DNA from: Gordius albopunctatus
Lineage: Eukaryota
Assembly (NCBI GenBank): GCA_964276515.1
Contig: OZ193909.1
Location: 8,370,001-8,434,000 of the forward strand
DNA: 64,000 bases
Reading direction: 5' to 3'
This document shows positions 13,301 through 28,804 of the stretch, piece after piece; position 1 is the stretch's first letter, and each line of letters begins with the position of its first letter. Below the pieces are notes generated by a model that ran no database searches, had not been told where the DNA came from, and saw only the letters and a program-made list of their open reading frames with translations. Made by a program: the position numbers and the translations under genes.

Positions 13301-14274
13301 GCTGTTATTGGTAGCTTTTAATTGAAAAGGGGCAGGTAGGGAACGTTGACTTGATTTAGCTGGCAGGACGCTGATGTCCGCGCCGGTATCGACGAGCCAA
13401 CGGTGTCCGGAAAGTTTGTCAATGATATAAAATACGCGACTACGATGAATATGACCGAGCTCGGGCGTCGCCTTTCCCTGCTAGTCTAGGCATTTGTCGA
13501 AAATCGGGACGTGAAGGAGCAGAGAGGAGTACATTTTTTGGCGTTGTTTTTAAAATTTTTATGGTACCAGCAGACGTCGCTGGCGTTATTATAATTAGGG
13601 GAAAGAGAGCGACGTGAGTTATAGGGGGGGGGGGGAAACGGTCGAGTAGGGGACCTGGCAGAATTTGCCGATAGTTTCTGGACTTCCAGTGATAATTTCT
13701 TCACCATCTTTTTAGGCTTGAAATTTCATTGTTAGTAGATAAGCTATGTATGGTGTTGCTCTGATTTGCCTCAGCTATTTGATCGGCCATCTTGGCTAAT
13801 TTTGACGTACATTGCTCAGTAGCGAAAACTGCGAGAATGTTGGTAAAGTGACTTGGCAATTTATTAAGCCACATTCGCTTTAAAATCTCATCGTCCATGG
13901 TATAATTTCCAATCAGTTGTTTCACCTGTCGCAGTAGATGTGATGGTGAACGGTCCCCTAATTCCAGATTATTTAAAAGGTTTAATTGTTGTTGGTGAGA
14001 GTTTGAAGTACGACGAATTATTGCCAGCTTGATACGTTCAAAGACATCGTCTCTGGTAATGTCCTCGAACAGATCTTGTACCTCTGTAAAAAACATTTTG
14101 AGGTAATGCCTCGAGTAGCAAGGCCAACTTATTTGTAGGGTTGCTTACTTTGCGTAGACGAAATAGTGTTTCTATCCTTGCAAACCATCCTCTGGAATTA
14201 TCAGAATCAAACTCGGGCAGCTTGAAACTAACGTCGGGGTCACCACTGTTAGTGCGTTGATTTGATTTAGTCAT
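10397..14274 (-). pseudogene. Disrupted gag and pol of the gypsy element
   Basis: Gag is split over ORFs 14038-14274, 13701-14096 and 13486-13707 (KLPEF..WFARIE..F, LELGDRSPSHLL, CWYH...C..C). Pol is split over ~13480-12371, 12386-11304, 11319-10996, 11092-10880 and 10870-10397. Confidence 0.9.
14231..14245 (-). promoter_or_regulatory. Primer-binding site complementary to tRNA-Trp 3' end
   Basis: Minus strand reads tggtgaccccgacgt 1 nt after the 5' LTR. This is complementary to the metazoan tRNA-Trp 3' end (...ACGUCGGGGUCACCA). Confidence 0.85.
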
Positions 14275-14466
14275 AATTTATTTAAATGAAGATATTTAGA
14301 ATCATCCAGCCAAAGGATAACGATTGTTGATAATCGCGAAAAGGAAATTAGTAGTATATCGCGCGCAATGCGTTAACAGCTGTTAGTACACATACAACAC
14401 AAGGAATATCAAAGTTACACAATAAATGACACAAATATACATATATAAACTACGCAGCTCACCACA
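14247..14466 (-). repeat. 5' LTR of the gypsy element
   Basis: 220-bp direct repeat of 10118-10337, followed on the minus strand by the PBS. Confidence 0.97.
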
Positions 14467-15229
14467 CTAGATTAATTGCACCATAACAAAATAAATATTA
14501 ACCGAAACCTAAATTTAAAAGGTTTGCCTCCTTGTTAATAAAGCCCATCATTTATGGTGAATTAGGCAACTGTAAAAGTGATCCAGCAGATCTGAGGTTA
14601 GATTTGTTTAAACAATTTTTGCCCGAACCCTGTCCTGAAATTTTTATTATTCATTGTTATCATATATGAAACAAATTTTCGTATAAAATTAAATCTAGAT
14701 TTGACAGAAATTAAGCGTGGTTTGTTATGTCCAATGTCAAGTTTATTGCTAAATATATTGTATTTTTGAGCGGTGCAAGGCCCAGGCATGCAGGAATTGG
14801 AGTGCCACGGCGCCTTAGTTTGAAGGTTGATGTTGATCGCCGGGATACTTTATAGGTAATTACAGATTACATTTTAATGTTTATTAAGAAATTTATATGA
14901 CTCAGAAGCCGTATATAGAAGAGGAAATAATAATTACACTGATCAACATATAAAGGACGTATAAAATCAACCCGTTAGTTTTTTCTTTGTACGCAAAGCT
15001 TATGAAATATTTGCTGTCAAAGTTGCTGAAAATAGCGATTTCGGCGTTTTCGTCAATTTAAAAAAATAGGGATATATTAATTTTGTATAAAAATACAAAA
15101 ATTAGTGGCGCTAGGGAAAAGTTTTTTTTAATTGATTCCACTCCTCTTTATTAATTAATTAAAGTTATTAAACCAAATTTTCACCAATTAATTTGTAAAT
15201 TATTAGTGTTTGAAGAAGCCGGCTGTCAT

Positions 15230-15692
15230 TATTAATTTGCAGAGAATTAGGTTTCGCAATCATCCGTTATAAAGCAGCAACCTAGACAAATTGGCAAAAG
15301 AAATTCACGAAGCAGCAAATATAAATAGCAATTAACCATTAAAAATTTAAGCCTTTGGCCGGGGTCAGATAAAGTAGAAGTAATCAAGGGTCAGTATTAA
15401 TATTTAGGAAATTATTCAACCAATTCCGCAATCATCCCTTATAAAGCAACAACCTAGAATTTATGTATAAAGGCTATCAGTGGGGCCCATAAACAAAAAT
15501 GGATATTGGCCTCGGGCGAGGTCAAAAAATTAAAGCCAACCAGCGGTCATTAGATAGTCTATTTGCGAAACTGAATTGCATAAAACCACAGCCATTAAAA
15601 ACCCTGATAAGTTTTCACGGCATTTATGCAAAAATACAAGTTGGACAGGACATGGCAACCAAAAGCGAGCCCATAATTGCATAGCAATTAAA
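15230..15692 (-). mobile_element. Partial HINE-like element of a different subfamily
   Basis: Shares the terminus gagcccata-attgcatagcaattaaaa (~15668-15692) but has a different internal repeat (cgcaatcatcc.ttataaagca.caacctaga twice). The left boundary is approximate. Confidence 0.45.
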
Positions 15693-15729
15693 ATGTATTT
15701 GTGTTCACCATTAAGAACTTTACCAGAAT

Positions 15730-15890
15730 TAGAGCCCTGCACGGGTGACCCGAAACCCGACCCGAAGCCCGGGTCGGGTTCGGATTGAAAATTTTAAAAT
15801 ACCTTCGGGTCGGGTCGGGTTCGGGTTAAAAAATTAAAAACGCTTTCGGGTCGGGTTCGGGTTGAAAAAATGTGACTTTGCATGGCTCTA
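15730..15890. mobile_element. hAT-type MITE with (cccga/tcggg) subterminal repeats
   Basis: TIRs tagagccctgca / tgcatggctcta, with a perfect 8-bp TSD accagaat (15722-15729, 15891-15898). Confidence 0.9.
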
Positions 15891-16735
15891 ACCAGAATAT
15901 GCTAACAGTTTGCCGGTTGATTTTTTTTGTTGAACCGTGTAATTGGTAATTACATATAAAGTATACATAAAATCATGATGCTAATACTTATAAAAGGGGA
16001 GGATGCACGACGCCTTTCCTCTCTCCCCGCTTGTGATGCTTTCTATTTCTAATTTTTTACGTATATTTTATCCGTTTTTGTATTTTAAATCTGTTTATAT
16101 AATGTTTATAATTTCATAAAATTAGTATAAAAATTATTTTTATCGTTTTAAAGAAATATTGAATCTACCTTGCAGCCGACCCTTCATGCAAGTATTGTTG
16201 ATATGGGTAAATTATCTTTAAGAAATATATTAAGAAATTTAATATAAGTGAATGTTGCTCATTTATTCCATTTTGACATTGACTATATTTATAAAAAAAA
16301 CGATCGATGCAATATTATATCATAACATCATGCCGAAAACTATGTAATTAAAAAGGGATTACAAAAACATTTATATGCGAATGATAAAGATTCTCATAAG
16401 GTGGGAATAAATATACGAGGCGATTTGGGGATATTAAAAATTAATTGATCTACTGAAAACATTCATAAACAGTTGCGAATTCTGCGGAACTGCCAATAAA
16501 CGAGCTAAAAAATGTTCATCTACTCGCAAAATTTGTATAACGTTTTGGAGGCACCCCGAAAAACTCAGTTTTCCATTTGTAAATAATTGAGATTTGACGG
16601 TCGGTTTGTAGGGTTTTATATGAGTGAAATGCATGTGAAAGAAGTGTGTAGCAAGGTGACAATGTCTTTGCGGTAAAAAATTGTACCAATGTCCAAGTCA
16701 GTGTTTAGGGCGCACGAGTGTTTAGGAGTTTCGTA

Positions 16736-19894
<3,159 letters not shown>

Positions 19895-20202
19895 ATCCCA
19901 GTTCAAGCCATCATAAAATAAAAATATTAACAAATTTCAAATATTGATAATTGGGTACTATTAAATCAGCTGCATTTTCGGGAATCCGAGTCAACTGAGA
20001 AACATACAACGGAACAAAAACGATGCTTTTAAAACATATGAACATACGATTCTAAAGTTAAATTTGCATAATGTTATAACTTTTATAATAAATATAAATA
20101 TAAAAAGCTATAGATAGCACAACATTAAACTACTTAAAGATAATGCATGAAATGGTGAGATTAGGTGGTTGTGAGATTAGGTGCGTTTAGGTGAGATTAG
20201 GT

Positions 20203-21417
20203 CAGGGTTTCTTTCAGAAAAAGTCTCCGGAGGGGGGGGGGGGGTATTTTCAACTTTTTTTTTTGGGGGGGGGGGTAAAAAATTTTTAATTGCTAAACCA
20301 TTTTGTATAATATTTACTGATTTTTATTAATGATATAAGTATTTTTTGTTGAATAAATAAATCGTTTTTGTTGTAAAGAGAACAGACAGGGCATAAAGCC
20401 GCACCTAAGGCTTTATCAAAAATTAGCCATTTGTATTTAGATGTCCATGAAATTATAAATTTATATGATGGTTTAAGTTTTAAATTTTGCCCATGTTTTT
20501 CACTTTCAGAGACTTAGCAATTAGTAGAGCTGCCAATACACTCATCTTAATCAATATATAATAATAAAATAAAAACAATTTGCATAATTTTAATTACCAT
20601 CATTTTTATCATAGAAAAAGAAGAGACAGTTTTCCTCACTCCAACAGAATTACAATTTTTATCTTGACCTAAAACATGAAAATATATATAATGCTTCTAT
20701 ACTAAACCAAAATCTTTCTTGCCTCTTTCAGAGTTCATGTGAATTTCACTTCTGGAAGCAGAATAATATCTGCCTTTAACTTATATATATTTAAAATATC
20801 TAATGCTTATAAATAATCACCTGTTGCATAATTAAAATTATTCCAAATTAAATCATATTTACCATCTTTTTTATTAGACTTTTCTTTTTTACTAAAGTAG
20901 TGTAAAAGAGTACTTTTATATTTACCAGACATCTGCAATTCAAAATAAGCATATTATATCAATAAAAAACAAACAATGGAATCTATTATTAATAATTCTT
21001 TTTAAGTTTATAAGTAAGATAGTCATTTAATAATTCTAAAAGCATTTATTTATGTTTATTTACCTATTGATATTTTTTAATTAAAGATAATTTGTAACTT
21101 TCAAGATTGTAAAAAATGCCTATTAAAAACTTGTTTAAATTAGGGTTCACAGATGTTAAAAAATGATGTCTATGAATGATTTCCACCTTATTTGTAAAAA
21201 AAAATTTAATTTCGCCATTTTTATATTTTTCTATTGACAAATTAAAATAATTTATTGAATTTCAATTTTAGCCTATTAATATAATTTATGACTTCATGAT
21301 GGAACTTGAGTTCATGCTTCAATCAAAACTCTCCGGGGGGGGGGGGTGTATTTAAAATTTCTGGGGGGGGGGGGGAGCGGGAATAGTCCCCCGGGCTCCC
21401 CCCTGAAAGAAACCCTG
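20203..21417. mobile_element. Non-autonomous DNA transposon with 15-bp TIRs, ~310 bp upstream of the ARF6 start codon
   Basis: Perfect TIRs cagggtttctttcag / ctgaaagaaaccctg with poly-G subterminal tracts. No clear 8-bp TSD. Confidence 0.7.
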
Positions 21418-21899
21418 GTGTCAGAATATGTTCTTTCACTTTGATTGTTCAGTAAGTGCAGTTCAGTGCAGCGTTCTTCCACTTCATGTATTAGGTAAAA
21501 GAAAGTGTTTCTCTACGTTTAATATTTAATCTAAGGGCATATGGTATCCTTCACCCTCTAGCTGGGTTCCAACCTTCAGTCTATTTTTGTTTTGTATAAC
21601 CTATTTTCTCGCGCCAAGTTTTAATTTTGGTCACTTTCAAGGATTCTGAATTTCTATGATGGAATCTTTAATTCTCTGCTTTGTTTCCCTGGCCAATTCT
21701 TTATTTATCGCCTGTCGATTTCAAGGATTGGCGCACTTTTAGGGCCCAATTTTTATTGACTTGCCACTTCTTAAAACTTATGGATATACTAACAAGAACA
21801 AAAACTCGATAATTAAGAGGTTACTAAGACTGGGATAATTAGGGGGTGAGGTGAGTTATCTAGGGTTCGTCGTTACGGATACGACAAACTAAGAATTTC

Positions 21900-22390
21900 C
21901 AATAAGAGGTTTAGAAATAGGGTTTTAAAACTCAAGGATCTTATATCAGAATTAAAGAAAAGCAATTATTTCAATGGAGATGAGGACAAGATAATTTCAA
22001 ATTATTTTGAAAATGACTCCCTATTACTCGTAGGTGCTCATATGAAGGCATTAACAATCCCAAGAAAGTCCAATTTACCCAACCACTTAAGCAATTAGCC
22101 CTCACATTGCACTATTATTCAGCAAGTGCATACAGGCACCTTAGGAATATTATTTGCCTCCCTTCAGAATCATCATTAAGAAGGTGGAGCATTTGTCTTG
22201 ATGTTAATCCTGGTAAATTCTATAATGAGTTGATATTATTTTTTAGGGTTCTTAAAATGTTCTAATGAGAAAATCAAAAATCTTATTTTAAAATCCAAAT
22301 CACGTGTATATGTAGCACTATCTTTAGATGAAATGGCTATTTGAGAGAATATCCAGTGGGGTGGCAACCAATATCATGGGTATTTTTTTG
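21900..22390 (+). mobile_element. P-element/THAP9-type transposase remnant with a 34-nt intron
   Basis: LALTLHYYSASAYRHLRNIICLPSESSLRRWSICLDVNPG|FLKCSNEKIKNLILKSKSRVYVALSLDEMAI*ENIQWGGNQYHGY matches Tnp_P_element motifs (TLxxYSxxAYxxLR..LP..TLRxW..PGF; DEMxI). Intron 22213-22246; internal stop codon. Confidence 0.85.
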
Positions 22391-23739
22391 GTAGAATTTG
22401 TCTATGCTTAATATAATTGGCACCTATATTTTTGATGATTTGTCTCAACATATATTGGAGCAAGATAATTTGTCATCCCATTTTTATATATTAATTAAAC
22501 TTATTATACGTAAATACCTTTAAATTTTATTTCATAGCAATTCGCAATCAAACTTTAAAACTAAAAATTCATAGGACAATAATATATTTTACTATGTGAT
22601 TATTTACAATCTTCTATTAATTAGGTTATATTTTTAAATAAAAAAATTTATGAATATCTTTTATAATATTAAACGAAGTATAGGTGGCGCTAAAACTAAA
22701 GTTACATATTTCTTTAAATTAGTGTTTTTTATTGACAATTTCTTAGTCTTTATATCTTTAAATCATGACTAACGATATATTATTAGTAAATAATAGTTTG
22801 TTTTAATTATATATTACAATTTCAGTCGTAGAATCATAAAAATATATAATAAATTTCATATGTTAATAGAGGGTATATAACAATATACAATTATAATTGA
22901 TTGTTTTCAAAATTATCATTTAATAAACAAGAACGTTTCAAGAATTTTTTTTTGTTTTCAAAATCAAGAATGTGTCTGTATGATTGCCGCTAAGACAATG
23001 CGCTGTAAATCGTTGAGGCATATACAAACAATAAAAACGGCTTATAAATTCATTTCAAATATTATATTTGTGATGAACTAGTTCAATTATATTGTATAGT
23101 TCAAGTTCAGAATTTGAAAAAAATAACTAGTTCAAGTTCAATCTTAAAAAAACGAACTAGTTCAAGTTCACAGTTCAACTTTTTGGAAGGTAACTAGTTC
23201 AGTTCTAAGTTCAGAAAAAAGTGAACTAGTTCTTAACAGCTCTAGGTATATGTGATTACCATTCTCTAGCAGTATAACAGTCTCATCATTTCACTTTTTA
23301 AAATGGCGGTAAACGAGGCAACACTTTTACAAAGGGGATGAGCAGTCTATTTAGTCTATGGTTTATACAGGCTTTATAAAGTTTCAAATAATAATTTTAT
23401 TATAGGATATTTGTGTTTTTTATGTTAAAATTAATGACTTAAATGAATTTGCTTAAATTGTAAAAATATTAAAAGGTTTATAACCTATTAATATAAAGCT
23501 TTATAAAATGATTTAAGAAAAGTGCCGTCCCTAAGATTTTTATTTTAGAATCAATGATTTAAATGCTTTATTGATACCAAAATGTCATACAAAGTTGATA
23601 ATTATCAAAAATGGAATTAAGATATACAATTTCCTGCAACTATACAAGTCTTCATTGTTATGATTGTTTTTATAGTCTTTGCCACATATGAGGCAATAAT
23701 TTTTTGATTTTATTAATTTTTTAGTATTCTTCTCTTGGC

Positions 23740-24545
23740 ATTTGGCCATGCTTTCTATTGCCTTTTTTTATTAGGTGATGATGTGAGTGTTGTAGATAAA
23801 ATTATTCAAGGACTCTTGATTTTTGGAAGCTTGAGATTCATTGAGATTAAAGGACTTACTTGCCTTTGAGGAATATATAGAGTTTACACTTCCTTCATTA
23901 AAATTTATGGGTTAAATGGCCAAATATCACATGATAAAAACCCTTTTTGTACTTTTAGAATGGATGCTGGCCTTGCTAAAACATCTTTGGCCATTGCAGG
24001 AATTTCAGATATGGAAAATACTTTTCCAGGATTCCCTGGCATCCAAGAATCTAGTGCAGAATTATAGTACTTTTTTAAGGGACCAAAAACTGATACGTTC
24101 AAGGGCTGTAATTTATGGGTACAGTGTGGGGGAATAGTTAACAAAAATTCCATTTTCATAAAATAGGTCAATTACCTCAATACATGAATGTGTTTGATGG
24201 TTATCAAGAATAAGTAAAACTTTTTTTGTGTGATTAGGTTTTTGGCATACTTGATAAAATGATGCAGGAAAAAATGAAATCTTCTTTCAGCATCCATCCA
24301 GAGCCATTTGATGTAGCCACAGATCCTGTTGGGCTATTGATTATGAAATAGGTGGAATAAATTTTCTCAGGGCATTAGTTGCCAAAGCCAATGTCACCAG
24401 ACTTCCTCTTTCCCTTGATGTAACTGATCCCACTTGTTTTTTCCCCTTAGGGCAATAACTTTACTCGGCTTTTGAACAGTTGTTAATCCTTTAAATATAA
24501 ACATATTAACCAGGGGTAAATACCTGTTTCATCCATGTTATATAT
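23740..24545 (-). mobile_element. pogo/Tigger-like (DDE_1) transposase remnant with a 35-nt intron
   Basis: NMDETG|LTTVQKPSKVIALRGKKQVGSVTSRERGSLVT, SNGSGWM, LLILDNHQTH, LTIPPHCTHKLQPLNVSVFGPLKKYY. The third catalytic D reads N. Frameshifts are present. Intron 24523-24489. Confidence 0.9.
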
Positions 24546-25920
24546 GTCACAAGGTAAGTATTTATTGGTGGTTATTTGTTTTTCGATTGTAATTACGCAT
24601 TTTCAATTTGAAATTTTATTAGATCAAAGATCGTTCTAAGTCTAATTTTAGAATTATAATTATGGGCACGATAACGAGAGACATCTATGAGCCATCTCCT
24701 TTATGCTATACGCTGATGACATATTACTTGAGAAGAGACAAAGGAGGAAGTATTTGAATAAGACGAAAAGTGTTTAAAGTAGTTAGTGTAGTTTAAAAGT
24801 CAACATCGAAGAACGTATACACTGAGATGGACGTCACGCCATCACTGGATGACCAATTGAAGTCCCTAAAAGTAGATAAGTTTACATTTCCTCGGCTCGT
24901 GTAAATATGGCTGAAGATCAAAGCATGAAAATTGTAACACCCTGTTACTCTATGGAAGCTAAACACGGACATTAAGCTCGCAGAATGAGCCATCAATATT
25001 TGATAAGCCGAAGAAAATAAATTTGGACATGGAACTTACTCAATCAAAATGAAAGAACCTAATCCAAACAAACCCCGCGACTGTAGGACCAAAATGAAGA
25101 CCATTTATTATCATGTATATAAAAAATAATTCGCGATTGTTATAGGAATAATGAAATATGTTTCTCTACTTTTTTAATTATGTTAAAGCTTAAAAAATGT
25201 GTTTACATTATCTTACAGAATATAATAATTTGGAGTTAACCGTAAGATACTTTTAAAATATTTTGGCTTATAATGGCAATTAGTGAAATACACTAGTTAA
25301 GTTAATATAGCTTTGGGAACCGATATCTTGGATAGAATGAATAAAGTACATTACACTATCGAAATTTAGTTTAATTTTTTATTAGGAACTTACTGGAAAG
25401 TTTAAAAGACTTCTTGCTCAAACAGTCAAATTTTCCAACAATAAGCTGATAAGAAAACAGTTTAAATACTGGGAGATGTGCGTCCCTTACCTTGGTAAGC
25501 TTTTTAATAAAATATAATGTAATTATATCTTATACTAAAGGCCTGCGATATGTTGACTTAATGGTAATTGACTTGATGAAGAAAAGCGAGAATTATCCGG
25601 TCGACCTTATGAATAAGTTTTCAAACATCATGGAGAATTTTTAAATTATAACCCTCTTAATATTTATTATAACCTAATCTATACGCATGTAATCAAGTAT
25701 TTTGTTTCAAAAAATATATATAAATTCTAATAAAGTTTAGAAAAAAATTGATTAACATCTGAACTCATATATTTTTTCCGTGCATATTACAAGCAATTAT
25801 AGGTTAATGAATTAGATACCTTATTAGAAGCATAATATCTTTAGTTATTACCTAATAAATGTGCGTGCAAATTTTCTTAGTTATTAAAAAAATAATTCTA
25901 TTTTCATAAAATAGGATTTT

Positions 25921-26290
25921 AATTGCTATGCAATTTATGGGCTCGCTTTTTGTTGTCCGTCCTTTCAGCTTTCTGACTTGCTGGTTCAATCCCCGGAGAG
26001 GACAAATTTTTTTTAACTAAATTAATATTTTTTATTTTTAATACCATTGATAATATGACTTTTGGGCCGTCCGCTGGCTACTGACCAATAAAAAAATGAC
26101 TATTGGCCAAATTGTGATTCGAAAATTTTTTTTCGTTCTTTTGACTATTATTTATTTATAGACCGTCTCTTGGTACTGACCATTGGAAAAAAATTACCAT
26201 TGGCCAAATTTTGAATCGAATTTTTTTTTCTCGTTTTTTTGACTCTTATGTATTAATAGACCGTCTCTTGGTACTGACCAATGGAACAAT
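25921..26290 (+). mobile_element. 5' fragment of the HINE-like element
   Basis: ttgctatgcaatttatgggctcg...gttgtccgtcc followed by reverse-complement internal repeat units; 3'-truncated. Confidence 0.7.
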
Positions 26291-28044
26291 TTAGCACATG
26301 TAAATTTTTTGATATATACTTATGATACCTGTTACATTTTTAGATGTGCGGTAGTAACAGGCATTTTTTACATAATCGAAGCTAACAAAAAACCTTTTTT
26401 GTTGGAATATGCCAGGTCCTACTTCAACAGCCATTTAATTTTCGCGATTAAAATTTTTTCTAGAGATAAAAATAAATTAAATTTATCACTTAGAATCTAA
26501 TTTTCAAGCCTTGATTGAGCGTAAGTCAATACCTGACCCTTATCACAAAATAACATAAAATATACCCCTGGGACTAGCCAGGGGGGGCATGGACTTATCT
26601 CTAAATTTTGTAAAAAAAGATTTGATTTATACATAAAAAATAATATTGTAATAAACTCATTTATTTTACCCAGATGCAAAATAAGGGGAGCGTGTCGAAA
26701 ACTTGCAGCATAAGAGACTATCGGTTATCCCAATCACACACGGAATTTCTTTACTTAAACAGATATACCATATTCGCATATACCTTTTAACACCGTAAAA
26801 TAATTCAAAATTTTTTATACAATTAAAATAAAATTAAACTTACACCCTTAAAACATATGATAACTTAATGTGTAAATCTATTGTGAGTATATTAGTTTAT
26901 TAGGTTGGTTTTAATGATTCGGCAAAGAATAAATGCGGGATAGAGATTAAGAGAATTGATGCCAACCCTTGCTTACCATATATTTTAATTTTATTATAGT
27001 CGTGGAGTAGTGGTTGAGTTTAGGATTGCCATGAATCGGCAATTTGTGACCCGAAATAATGAGCCATACTCTCGGTATATTTAGTATCGATTAATTGTGG
27101 GGTTTACTCTACCCAGCATGTATTATAAAGGGGAGAGTTTAATTAATCGTTAATAAAATGTTTTTGGATCCTTTTACCTTGTCTCAAATATTTCAAGCTT
27201 GTATCATCGCGTGAATTTACATGCTATAAAGATTTTTTTAATAAAAAAGTATAAAATTTTAATATTTTTTCTTATCTAAGAAGTAAAAAAATAGTTGTTG
27301 AATTAATACTAAACGTTTAGAAGTTCAATTAGAGGGGGGCAAAACATAATTTTTTTAATTTTTCAACGTTTTTGCATTAAAATTTTTTTTTCATAATTTG
27401 CCCCCCCCCCCTTGGCTACGCCCAGTATATAGTGTGATCAATATTTTGTATAATATTAATTTATTGACGTTTGTTTTAATTTATAAACTAGTGAGGAAGG
27501 TAAATTGACTGTTATAGGAAGAAATTACGTGGTTAAAATACACCAGTTGCACTCTTCAAAATGGGGGAAAATTAAACACACAATTAACCATATGCAACAT
27601 ATGGCATGAGCAGTCTATCTACTCTATGAATCTATTCTAAAATTTGAAATAAATTTTTTGAGCTGCTAAAATAAGTTACGGATTTAAATTTCGATTATTG
27701 CTTGTTATCTTAAAGCTTACTTTACTATAAAATCTCATTAGTAAGAATCTAAATTCAAAATCATAACAAGACATGTTATACGTTAATAAACAACACCAAG
27801 AAAAATGAAATCAATATAAACGAAATATTTTAACTTTATATTTATAAAATGTTGGGCGCCTTGTTGTGTCTTATCAATATTGTTAAGGGCGTCATAAAAA
27901 TAATTTATATGCAGTACCTACTTAAATAAATATTATATGTTATGTGGTATAATGATATGATTTAATAATGGTTGAGGGTGATTTTTGATATTGATACCTA
28001 GTTGTAAAATATAATTTTAAGAATCAATCATTTGTTAAGCTAAT

Positions 28045-28804
28045 TTGGTGACAATTGTCATAATGGTCGTTTATGAAGAAAAATAAATTGTTTTGACGAA
28101 AATTGGTGGGGTATGGTGTCATAAAAATGTTTCAAACTTAAAATTTAAATTTGTGACCTTAGCTTGGTGACAATTGTCATAATTTTCATTTTAAAAGCTA
28201 GATAAATACTTTTAACGAAAATTGGTCGGTTAGGGTGTCATAAAAATGTTGCAAACTTAAAATTTGAGTTTATCACTTTAGCTTGGTGACAATTGTCATA
28301 ATTGTCATTTTAAAAGCTAGATAAATACTTTTAACGAAAATTGGTCGGTTAGGGTGTCATAAAAATGTTGCAAACTTAAAATTTAAGTTTATCACCTTAG
28401 CTTGGTGACAATTGTCATAATTGTCATTTTAAAAGCTAGATAAATACTTTTAACGAAAATTGGTCGGTTAGGGTGTCATAAAAATGTTGCAAACTTAAAA
28501 TTTAAGTTTATCACCTTAGTTTGGTGACAATTGTCATAATTGTCATTTTAAAAGCTAGATAAATACTTTTAACGAAAATTGGTCGGTTAGGGTGTCATAA
28601 AAATGTTGCAAATTAAAAATTTAAGTTTGTCACCTTAGTTTGGTGACAATTGTCATAATTGTCATTTTAAAAGCTAGATAAATACTTTTAACGAAAATTG
28701 GTCGGTTAGGGTGTCATAAAAATGTTGCAAATTAAAAATTTAAGTTTGTCACCTTAGCTTGGTGACAATTGTCATAATTGTCATTTTAAAAGCTAGATAA
28801 ATAC
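28045..28804. repeat. 119-bp tandem repeat, ~6.4 copies
   Basis: ttggtgacaattgtcata starts at 28045, 28164, 28283, 28402, 28521, 28640 and 28759. Each unit has the 12-bp palindrome TGACAATTGTCA. Confidence 0.97.

Larger units (their letters stand above)
10118..14466 (-). mobile_element. Full-length Ty3/gypsy LTR retrotransposon (gag-PR-RT-RH-IN), frameshifted
   Basis: Two 220-bp TG..CA LTRs, a 4-bp CTAG TSD (10114-10117, 14467-14470), PBS and PPT. Domains: protease [12 protein letters not shown] ([15 protein letters not shown]), RNase H (TTDAS, RELLA, TDHKPL), integrase (HNLAHPG, LDLVGP, TDRG, NGMVERFH, GPF). Confidence 0.97.

Noticed and set aside
14598..14860. GC-richer exon-like segment beside the 5' LTR
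   Set aside because: No recognisable protein motif and no compatible neighbouring exons.
28045..28804. Regularly spaced palindromic repeat resembling a CRISPR array
   Set aside because: The intervening sequence is itself repeated (no unique spacers), there are no cas genes, and the context is eukaryotic.
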